Shown here one piece after another: positions 35,401 to 47,400 of a DNA stretch of 64,000 bases (position 1 is its first letter; each line of letters begins with the position of its first letter). Position numbers and translations under genes: made by a program. Below the pieces are notes generated by a model that saw nothing but the letters and a program-made list of their open reading frames with translations, was not told the origin of the DNA and searched no databases. The stretch is from positions 22,630,001 to 22,694,000 of the forward strand of contig OX442314.1 in NCBI GenBank assembly GCA_949358305.1, written 5' to 3'. The stretch comes from Strigamia acuminata (Eukaryota).

Positions 35401-38400
35401 ATAATCAAATTACTGAATTACAAAAAGATAAATTTTCCCAAAGGACCGGGAATGAGCGAGCACAGATTACACATATAAACAGCACTGACATCAACGGGGT
35501 CAGATAAACTCTTGATTTCAACGCGAGCGCCACAGTTTAAAAAGCAGGAAAAAAAAAATATCATTTTCCCTTGCAATTAAAGCGCCAAAAATACAGAAAT
35601 TCCCTTCCATGTCGTTAGCGGAGAAATGGAATAATAGTTTTAAAAACTACAAGGCTTAAACCTAATGGTGCAGCCTTAATCCGACTTTTAATCAAATGCG
35701 AGAAAACAAATTTCTCATTGTGCCGCAACGAATAAATTTAAAGGTCGGCTTCAAAGAGTTAGAACGAATTCAAAATCAGGGAGTGGCAATTCTTTTTAAT
35801 AAACTAAAGTGAATTGCGAGGAGATGCCACACCTACGGGCCCCACCCAGGATCATTCTAACAGCACGTGGCACGTCTGAGAAAAAAAAAAAAGAAAAAAA
35901 AAAACTAACGGAGGAAGAATAAAAAGAAGTCCGCTATTCGAAAAACGTCTTGCCAACTTAGCACACTCAATAAAAATCCACAACTCGCTTAATGACAAAC
36001 AAATTACATTCCTTGTCGACAGGTGGCGTTCTAATGCCGGATTTCCGGTAGACTTCTCGTCCGAGTGGATAATTGATTGCCTTAGTTTCACCCTCTACTC
36101 TCTAGCACTCATCATTTCACCGTTATAGACGTTCACGTTCGCCACAACCTCGCTTTGGAAATGATGGAAAAAAGTTGTGCTCCTCTGGCACGTGCACGTG
36201 GGCACAAGACCATTGAGTTTGTCCAACGAATAGCAAACATTTGCCCATGAATCTCGTCTCGAGCACTTCTCTCGACTTTTCCCGCTCCTTTAAAATCACA
36301 AGATTTTTGCGCAATTTTATCCGAAATTTATCTTGCAAACGCCGCAACGTTTGATCCTACGGCAATGCAACGGAAAAAAAAGAGCTCGCAAATTACCAAA
36401 CTTCAAAGCATGCTTGAGAAATGTGGAAGAGCGAGAGACATAAACAGGGAGATGAGAGAATGTTCGAATCACAACAGTTGTTACGCACAATATCCATTCC
36501 CCCTATCGATTGTGGCGCCACCTCTCACGATAATGTTAAAGTTATGGCCTTTCTCCCCATTGTTTTCTCTCTGAATGGATTTAAATTCGCAACAAATTGC
36601 AGCATTAAGTGCGTTCAAACTTTCTGTTTCTCTGCTTTTTATAAACAGCAAAAACAGAAGACAAAATCTTACCTAACAGTGAATGTGTTCGGTGTTGGCT
36701 CTCATGCACCTATACAGTATTGTTTTAAATTTGACCAAACATTACGTTTATTTTGTAAATTTGACCAAAAATTACGTTTACTTTGTAAATTTGACCAAAA
36801 ATTACGTTTATTTTGTAAATTTGACAAAAAACTACGTTTATTTTGTAAATTTGACAAAAAACTACGTTTATTTTGTAAATTTAACCAAAAATTACGTTTA
36901 TTTTGTAAATTTAACCAAAAATTACGTTTATTTTGTAAATTTGACAAAAAACTACGTTTATTTTGTAAATTTGACCAAAAATTACGTTTATTTTGTAAAT
37001 TTGACCAAAAATTACGTTTATTTTGTAAATTTGACCAAAAATTACGTTTATTTTGTAAATTTGACCAAAAATTACGTTTATTTTGTAAATTTGACCAAAA
37101 ATTACGTTTATTTTGTAAATTTGACCAAAAATTACGTTTATTTTGTAAATTTAACCAAAAATTACGTTTATTTTGTAAATTTGACCAAAAATTACGTTTA
37201 TTTTGTAAATTTGACCAAAAATTACGTTTATTTTGTAAATTTGACCAAAAACTAAGTTTATTTTTTTAAATTTAGAAATTGGCATTCAGCATTTCCGCTT
37301 TAAATGTTTTAAAGCGGAAATTGTTGATGTCAACAATCTACGCTTAGAAAGCCGTGACGTCGCCTTTAACTCAGCCAGCGTTCAACCGATCCCGTTTCTC
37401 CCATTTGTGTGATTTAAGGATCCCATTGGTCTGAAATCCAGGCGGGGAGTTGGATTAACATTTTAAACAACATTTCCTGCTGCATTTGATAAGATACCTT
37501 TTCCGTAATAACCAAATGCCACAAACCTCGTTACTACGAACAGCGCCATTACCATCTCCATCTCCCTCTGCCTCTGCCTCTCCCATCTCCCTCTCCCTAC
37601 CCCCGCAAACTCTTCGTCGCACTCACTTCTTAATCCATTTCTCGCAGACAAATTTAATTAAAACGTATCACTTAACACTACAAAATGAATTACAAACTCG
37701 AGCGCCACCTCATGCCCAAAACTTCCCTCTGGCGCGATAAAAAATGGCTGCCGTAAAAACCAAAATCAAATTACAAAGAATCAACTATCGAGGCCTTTGT
37801 ATTGTCTTGCACAAACTGTCAACAAATCGAGACGAGTTGACGCTTTGATGGGCACATGAGGCAATGGACGCGCAGAGCGGACGCGGCGACAGCATTTTCC
37901 AATTACGGTACGCGCAAGACGCGCCCGTTCGTGAATTTGATTGACAGTCCGTTGTGTTGCCCGGCAGACATTTCTTCCCCCTTCTCTCTCGCGCTTTCTC
38001 TCTTCCTCTTTTCTTTCCCGTCCTCTATCAAATGAAGTCTGTCCATTTCCGGTCTCTCCCGCCGCTGCAAACCCTCGATGGCATCGCGCCCAAGAAAACG
38101 CGTTGCGTGTAAACACACTCTTCTTCTACTTGTAAACAATTCGTCACGTGACCAATTTTTTCTTCTTCACATATACAAACAGAAAAATCAATAAAAGATT
38201 TATTAAACTCATCACTGAATGTGTGTTGCCGTGTAGCAAACTGAAAACGGATAAAAACCCAATGCTTGTGCCAAAAAAGTAAATACCGTAGTTACCAACC
38301 GTTATCGTTCCTTCCTAGGGAGTCTAGTTACCGTTACCGTTACATTTCCATTGTGGATCGATTTTTCTGATTAATTTTTGCATATAAAAGCAAGAAAAGA

Positions 38401-41400
38401 AAAGAAAATCGCAATTTCGCACTCTCTCATCTCAACAAATAATCTTTCCGTTAAATTTAATTAAAACCAACTATAATTCACGCATGCGCCAAATTCTATA
38501 CATCCCATCGTCCAGCGAGTAATGTCAGTCGTATAGTATTTGCATTTGGTAAATGCTTTTTGCCCGGCTACATTTATTTACTTCAGATTTTATCATTTCA
38601 ATTTATAACGTTTCCATTATCTGTCACTCGTTGGCGCCAAATCACATTTCTCACTTGCTTTACAGAGAAAGTAAATTCTCGCAACTTGAGCCGCCACTTG
38701 CGCGTGCCTCGACGTGGCCACTTTTCAAAATAAGTCCCCACTATATATAAACTAATGTCCACAAACGTAAACGTATAATCAAAAGTGAGCGCCAAAGTGC
38801 GCACCAACAGCCGCAATTCGTATCCCGAGTGTATTTTTCTATACTTCGATACGGCACGTGCAATTAATTAAGTTCCTTTTGCACTTGTAATTCAATCAAT
38901 TTACTTTTATTCCCCTTCCTAACTTCAATTTTTTTAATTAAGAAATGTAGAGCTCCCAAATTAGATTTAACACTTATACCAATAATATAAAAAAAAAAAA
39001 AAAAAAAAAAAAAATTGGCACACACAAAAAAACGAGTAATAAAAAAAGTAAGACTATATTAGTCTCACGCAACCGCCATCTTTGTTCGCCGACTATAGTG
39101 CAGCTGCTGTGTAATTGGCCAATTACAACTCGAGTAACTTCTGTCAACTCCACATGAGGCCCCAGGCACACTCACACGCCCACAATTGAATCGCCGCGGG
39201 CATCATCTCCCAAGACTCATTTCTAACGCCCATTCATCCCCGCCCCTTCAAGCCGACATTTCTGTTCGCCTTTAATCGAACAAAAATCAAACATTTTAGT
39301 TTACATTGCAGTGTCCTTACACAATCTCAACCTGTTAAAACAACCGAGCATACTAGACCCGACTGGACCGACTTCCCTGCTTAATTCTATATTCAAACGA
39401 TAGAAAGTTTGGTAAAATCCAGTGTGTCAAAAAGCAAGGCAGGGAAGACCTCATTACATTATCCTATACAAGTTTTGCGCCCGGTGTCTCGATGCCAAAT
39501 TCAAACTGCGCATCACATTCTGCACATGCATTTAACGTGGCGATTGTTAAAGCTTGTTGCCCACAAAGGAAATACATTGGTACCGTGCTGCAAATTACTT
39601 TTGTTACTTATCGTTGTTTATTTACTTTATTTTAGCATTATTAGGTCCAATTGTGTGTATTATTACTATTAAATCTCTATTCCCAAATCTATTTGTACAC
39701 GGTTGTTGGCCAATACTAAATATAATACAGAATACAGTTATACAAAATATTTACATTCAAAACAATAGTCACATTCAATAACTCATAAACGGTCGTTTAA
39801 ACCCGTTTAAACAAACTTACAAACGGGCTGAAAATTATAACGACCTAAATAGGTCGTGTAACGAGTTTTCTCGTTCAAATCGCACATTTTGGCCACCATC
39901 TTGGATTTTCGTAGATCGATTGCGACGATCGGCGGTCTAAGTACAATTTTGCAGCAATAGTTATTATTTTTTTTATTAAACAACAATATTAAACATCACT
40001 TCAGCAATGATTAGGCCTGGAAACAATTGAAAAAAGCAAGGGAAAGAAAATCTCGAAAAAAAATACCCGTATGTGGCTTGCAGTGAGAAGATGACCTGGT
40101 ACTTGATCTGGAATCCCAGATCAAGTTTGGTAATGAAACAATCCTTTATTTACCAAATAAACGATTGGATTCGTAAACATTTTGTCTACAAATTTGTTTG
40201 AAACGAAAATTTAAACGACAAGTTGTTGAAAGCTTACATAAACGCTAGAAGCAGCAAAAACAGAAACTTTGAATACACCTAACTGCTCGAATAATGTCCA
40301 CGTTTAGTTAGCTGTCATTCGTCTTATATCTAAACCTACATGAGACATATCTACGTATCAAGTCAAATCTCAATTCATTATTCAACCACTAGATAGCATC
40401 TGGTGGACAAAAGCCTGGTTGCATCTCGTTAAGAAAATGCTAAGCAGTCCTTAATGTGTTTTAGAATAGGACTTTGTGCGTGAGACCGCTGGAAAATCTC
40501 CACTCTATTGTAATGTCACGAGAAGGCCGTAATTGTTACCTGACTTAGATACACTGAAGCCGTGTCAGAGCGAAATGATAAAAGACGGGGATTAAGCAAC
40601 GCCTCGCTGCGTCCCAAGGGTGTCCACGAAATAAACAAAATTTCAATAAACATGAGGCAACATACATATTTACAAGTGGGAGAAAAGGCAGAGAGAGAGA
40701 GAGAGTGTAAACACAAGGGACCCAAATGACAAATGAAAGTGTACAAAATGGCGGGCACTTCCATCTAATGAACAAGACCACTGATAGCCAACCCAGTGGA
40801 CAAAGCGGAAACGCGTGACCGGCCGGCACAAACCCCGCTACAGCAAACTCGACTAAACAAACTCCGATGCAAACCTCGCTTCGTTCTGCCGAGGTTTAAG
40901 TTAGGGTTGGTGTAATTGTCGTTCAAATGCCACCTGGCCTCAACCCCTCACTCTGGGCACGTGAGTAGGATTCGAGTGATATCTGCAATGCCTTGTGCGC
41001 ATACCCAGCGCCGACTTCCGCTGCATTATTTACACGTCGGCAAGCGGAATTTCAAATGAATCAAAACAAAATGTTAAAAGAAGAATAAAAGAAAAGAAAA
41101 AAATAAAGAGAAAAAAAAAACATTGAATTGATTGATTTTTTTTATATCACACGTTTTATTTACTTATATTTTAGAATTTAATCATAAAAAAAACAAGAAA
41201 AACTGTTTACAAAATCCCATTTTTTAAAAACTCCTTTCACGACTTTAAAAACAAAATTATCGTCTCCCGACTGAGATTTTGTGTGCTCACTTCAAAACAT
41301 TTTTGATCGAATCGTAAAAAATTTTTACGATTTTCATAAACTCGCTATAAACAACTTGAAAAACCACTATTTTCATCTCCCATAACACCCTCTTTTCCCT

Positions 41401-44400
41401 TTTTCTTCTATACACAATCTTCCAAGATCCAATATCAAATAACGCCCGTCTCAACACTCCCCCACACCCCCCTCCCGCATCCCTCCAAAACAACTAATAA
41501 ATAAAATAAACAAAAAAAAAAAATCCATGACTATCCCTTCCAAGACCCATTAGCAGAAGAAGAAATTATACTCCAAGTCCCAGCTGCCCACCAGATTCCA
41601 CCAAGAGACGTCTCTTCTAAAATTGGATTACCACCTCCTCTTCATTTCTTTTCTGGCTTCAAATTTTAACCTAACACGTTGCCATCGCAACATCATTTGT
41701 AGCCTTCCAGACGCACTTTAAACCGTGCCAATCAATCAATTAACCTTTATTTTATTTATTTATTTTTTAGTTTTCTACGTCTTTCGACCCGTTCCCAATG
41801 GTATCGGACTTTTGACCACTTTATGCTTCACTTCGCCCAATTTACGCCATTTTTTTGTCCTTGTATCTGGCGGACCTTATGTCTTAGGAACTGCGGATTG
41901 CAGCCATTTGAGAGCGCTTAAAGGGTTGCTGCAATGCTTTTAAACACATTACACTCGCATTGAAAATTTTTGCATTCTAAAAGTGAGAAAATAATGGTCA
42001 CTTAAACGCCGTATTTTTACATTTCCATTCTTATTGGCCTCGTTTAACTGTGAATGATTAACTCATTCTTTAATGATAAACTTCAATTTACGCTAACGCG
42101 CAGACTGGATCCATTAGTTTTGATTTCTATTTGTTCACTAAGCCAGTCTCTAATTTGGCTAAACAATTATAATTAATCGACATTAGCTGGCAGATTGAAT
42201 ACGGTAAAACTCGGCTAATTAAAAATTGCGTAATACAGTGTTAATGATGCAACAGAAATTGAAAAAAAATTAAGACATCTTTAAAATATCACAAAAACAT
42301 TACGTAAATTTCAATTAGGCTTTCCAATACGTTTGAGAAAACACTTATCTCGATCTAACTTCAAAAATGGCGGCCGATTTCGTCTGTTTTCAGTCTCACT
42401 GGGCATGCTCACGACATTTAAACAACAAAACATATTTAACTGCAAGTTAAACCCGGTACACTGCTTGTTTCCGCCCATGTAAAGCCCTACAAACTGGTCA
42501 TTTATGCGGTTTTACAGAAGTTTTTACACTTTTTAATTTCTGGTTTCCTCACCCCATTGTACCGTGCTTAGTTCTAATCAAAGACAATTGCAACGGCGCT
42601 ACTTTTCGATTGTGGACATTCTTATCCACTTTTTCCACAAAAAAACTTTGATAAAACATTAACACTCAAATGTCAAAAGTGTCTTTTCTCGCACCAACTC
42701 AATAAAACAAACTGTAAACCTCGATTTGCACCCATTAGACTTTTGACATTTACGTCTCGGTCTTTCGAAGACGAAAAACAAAAACAAAACAAACCTCTCT
42801 CGGTCGAGAAAAAAAATCCTACTACTGATTGCTGCCCGCTCACCATTCATTTCGCCGATTACTGCACTGCACAACACCACCCTCGTTATTACAATTTTTT
42901 TTTCCTCAAAAAACTAATCTTTTCATTATAATAAGTTTGGGCGTGGCTAATGGCTTCACTAAGTGTAATTAATCGTTGTGAGAATGATAAAGACAACCGA
43001 TCAAGATGATTGTCTAAACTAGACTGATTTATTCATAAAACCTAGAACCAATCATACAAAAGATAGAACAAGTCTCGAAATGACCCCCAGGGGGAGCTAT
43101 CGCTCACACGACCCCCCTTTTTGGGTTGTCGCCCTCGACAACAAAACAAAAAATTCAACAATTTCGATACAATGCGATTTTCTAATGCACAACAAGCCTC
43201 CGATAACTCCTCGCTCATCTTTGTCGAGTCCGTCTCTCCCGTCAAAGTCTTTTCCTGTTCTTCGGCAAAATATCTCTTAAGCTCCAGGTCCTCCAGCCAG
43301 CCCGGCTCCAAATTTTCTCGTACAATCTTGCCCTTGTGACTCGATTCGTCTTCATTTTCATTCGCCTCATTCTTATCGTGTTCCTCGCCTTTCTCGTCGT
43401 GTTCCTCACCATATTTCGCGTCAACTTCATTGAACCCCGAAACCGTTTCGTCGAATTTTGATCTGTCCTCTCCCAAATTCACATTTTCTACGATCGCAAC
43501 TAGCTCGATTTTCGTAACGTCAAGTTCTAAGTTCTCCTTCCCGCATTCCACGCCAAGATCGTCGTCGTTTTCAACAAATTCTTCGTCGTTGTTGTCAAAA
43601 ATGCCATTTTCGTTTTCAACTTGATCGTTTTTTTCAAATTCGTCAACTTCTCCGTCCTTGTCGTCGTCTGCTACGTCCAAAATCTTGTCATATTCCACGA
43701 CCAGTGACAAACACACGTTTTCTCGGTTCGCCTCTTTCTCGAATATTGCGCAACCAACAGTCCGAACCTTGCTGCGATCTCTTGAAACATTCATGTCGCC
43801 ATTCGGTTCCAAAATCAGCCTCAGACCTTCTTGCCTACGCCAGTCTGTGCCTACGATGATAGGAAAAGGTAAACCTGACGACACTGCTACATTCCTCATT
43901 CTCGATTGAATATCGCCAATACGAAACGAAATGTCGAGAAATCCATCGATCTCCAACGGGCCATTGACGGAATGAAAACTGGCCCCCGATCTATTCGCTC
44001 TTAATTCCGTATTGTCTTTCAAAAATCTGCCGTCGATAATTGTCAAGTTTGCGCCCGGATCAATCAGCGCCTCAACGTCCGTGTCAAACTCCTCCACACT
44101 ACACGCAACGACCGTCAAATTCATCTCCGGTTTCCTCGTCTTGACAACACAAGCTATAACCTTCTCCGGCGTTTTCTCCGTCGTAACTGCTCCCGCACTT
44201 GCCAACAAACAGTCGAAAGACACGTGTCCGATCTTACCGCACTTAAAACACGTGAGAGTAGATTTATCCATCCCGTATCTATATTGCACGTGACGTTGTG
44301 AGTTCTTGTTCGTCGACGCCGCCGAAAATGCTTCCTTCGTCGATTCCCTCACCACGTCCTCCGCTGCTCGTTTAACTTCGACGTTACTACTATTTTTGTC

Positions 44401-47400
44401 CGTTGTCTTCACTTTTCTCGCCCCGTCCAAACCCCTCGCGCGATGTAAAAGCTCCTCAACCGAACCGATGTTGCCAGATGCCAACGGAAACGACACCAAC
44501 TCCTCGCCAATTCCGCCCAAAATCATCGACACTCGATCCGATTCACTTATACGGCTCGCACAACGCTCTAGTAAAGTGTTCTTTGAATAAATGTAATGAA
44601 CGATCGTCTCCGATGCTTCCAGTTTTCTTTTCTTTTGCATTTCAAAGAATTCGTTCAAGTTCATGCGGCACTTAAATCTATCTTCTAGAGCCCACATCCA
44701 GCCCTCCAAACTCGATATTTTCTTTCCTTCAGTCTTCTGCCAGTCGCTGGCGTGACCTTCTAGCCTCGTTGCTGCGTTCAATAGCGTCAGATCGTCCGTC
44801 CAGGCCGAAAGCTTCGCCACGCGTTTTACCTCCTTCACCCACGAATGCACGTTCTCCTTATCGTCGCCCGAAAAAGAGGATATGGCTTTTACGGTGTCGA
44901 CGGTTGAGTGCATCTGCACCACCGTGGTCGCGGGACCCGTCTGCGAACACTGGGACGCGATGAGGCGGTTCATCACCAAAGTATTTTGTGCCAACAACTC
45001 CGAATTCCGCGTCTCCTTCTCCGCATTACGCGCCTCTGTTTCCGCATTACGCGCCGCCGTCTCCGACTTGTCCCGCATCAACATCTTCATCATCTCGGCC
45101 ATTTGAAAAACCATCAATTCGGCGGACGATGCCCCACTTCCGCCGGCCGGACGTGCCGCCTCCTCCGCTTCCAGTTTCTCCGCCTCCAACCTTTCTTTCG
45201 CCAATTCCTCCGCTGACGTTTTCTCTACGATCTCCGCATCGTCTTCCACCAACTTCTCCGCCGCGATTCTCTCCGCCTCCGCCGCCTCAAACGCAACGAT
45301 TTCCTTGTTATTTTGCAAAAGTACCGACATCAAGTCTTGCTTCAAATTGCTCGTCGATTCCAATCCGCGCCTGTCGATTTCTCCTTTCAAAATCGTCACC
45401 GTGAATACGTTCAGGACGTCCTCGACGACGGACAAAAGCGACGAACGACATCCCTGCAAAATTACCGCCAAATTTTCCGCCATTACGTCCGCCACGTGTT
45501 TCGCAAAATTTTCAACAACAATCACCGATCTCGTCAACCACCGACAATGATCACCAACAACTTTTCAACTGCTTATATACGTCTCCGTCTCCAAATCGAA
45601 CGTTATCTGGACGTTTTCCACGTGTAACGCGCGTCGTCTCCTTCGTCTCCGTCCCCAAATTTCTCCGCAACTCGATTTTCGAAAATGTTAAGCCCACGCG
45701 CTCTTCATCCAAATCGCCGTCATCAATTTCCAACTGTTTCAACTATTTCACCTTCCCCAAAGTCTTTTTATGTCGACTGCGCCATGTGAGAATGATAAAG
45801 ACAACCGATCAAGATGATTGTCTAAACTAGACTGATTTATTCATAAAACCTAGAACCAATCATACAAAAGATAGAACAAGTCTCGAAATGACCCCCAGGG
45901 GGAGCTATCGCTCACAATCGTCAGGTATAATAATAGAGAAAAAAAAAAATATCCTTCACTTGAAAACTTTTTTACTCATTGCGTGTTTACGTAATAAGAG
46001 GTTATCATTACGCGTCGCATTTTTTTCTCCCTTATAGTCATCTAAATCTCGTTCCGCCAATTAAAATGCTTTTTATGCACCCGCTGCATGCGATCCCGTT
46101 ATTAACCTTTAGCTCAGACTTGTATTCGACGCGGAACTGTACACTGCACTGTGCCGTCTTATCGCTCGTGACATTTGCAGCGCAAATTTCTCGCACGACA
46201 CTCAGCGTCCCATGCAGATAAACTTAAAAGATTGCCTTGATTAATAGCCACGCGTGTAATTGCCACACTATACCAAATTCCAAGTGCTTGTGAATTGGAG
46301 AACTAACGACATAGAGACGCCTCTGTGACAGTATCACGTGCAGCAAGAATGTAAAACTAAAAAATTTAAATTTTAAAAGAATATGTCGGTGCTCAACGAA
46401 CAGTGTACTCCCACACATCTTCCGTGTTATCGTTTTCGGCATTACAAATATTTTCCAAATCGAGAAAAAAAATAACTGTGTTATCGTTGACTACGTATAC
46501 GAGATTTTTTTTGTTAAATCAATAGAATTGCTAATCAGAAATAGTTACATTCGGGAATTAGCAACATGTTTTATGCATACTGGTTGGATAAATTGATGTT
46601 TTAAGTGTGCATCAGCTTCGTTGCCAATTTGGCTTTTAATTTTTGGGTTGGATACTCGAAAAAAAGCTCTAAATTTTGATTGAACCCATCCCATCACCCG
46701 ATAACGTGTCCCATGGTGCACACTTAATCCTGGTGAAAATAAGCTGTTTAACGTCTATATTTTTATCCAAAAACTGCATTTGTGCAATTACACAATAAAT
46801 TTGTGCATTTATACAATAAATTTGTGCATTTACACTAAATTTGTGCATTTACACAATGAATTTGTGCATTTAGACAATAAATGTGTGCATGTATACAAAA
46901 TATTTGTGCATTTAGACATTTCTCAGTTGTCCAAATAATTTCACGAAAAAATAAAACATTCGTTCGTCCTTAAAAATTGCAGAAATCATAAAAATACGTT
47001 TTTGTACTCAATTTCACAAAAACAATAAAAACCAACAAGTGTATATAGTTTGGTTAAATGATCTCTTGCTTCAACAGGAAAGCTAAGAGGCTGCATAACA
47101 ACAATTCAACAACACTAGACGCATTCAATTCAATATTATTTCACTTTACAGCTTTATACCGCCTTACTGTCCATAAAAAATCTTTAACATTCTTAACCAA
47201 ATGTCTAAACTGCCAACCCATATGGTCCAAAAATATATTTTACAACTAATACATTCCTTATAACTTTAAGACCAATGTTGCATTAAATAATGTATTACAA
47301 AATGCATTCTCAAGAGGTTTGTAAAACTTAATACATCTCAAAATACATTTTAATACATTGCAATACAACCGCAGTGTATTTTTTGAACCGTATGGGAACA

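Larger units (their letters stand above)
42977..45916 (-). mobile_element. Non-autonomous Ty3/gypsy-type LTR retrotransposon (2940 bp), gag-protease only
   Basis: Identical 132-bp LTRs at 42977-43108 and 45785-45916 (TGTGAG..CTCACA); 5-bp TSD ATCGT; PBS TGGCGCAGTCG next to the 5' LTR; PPT AAAAAGGGGGG before the 3' LTR; single ORF. Confidence 0.95.

Noticed and set aside
36421..37269. 282-aa and 190-aa repetitive ORFs (FCKFDQKLRL / YVYFVNLTKN)
   Set aside because: Translation of a stop-free 30-bp minisatellite inside an AGBL4 intron; no other coding evidence.
43080..45627. Several + strand ORFs within the LTR element
   Set aside because: Antisense shadows of the gag-protease ORF with no domain motifs.
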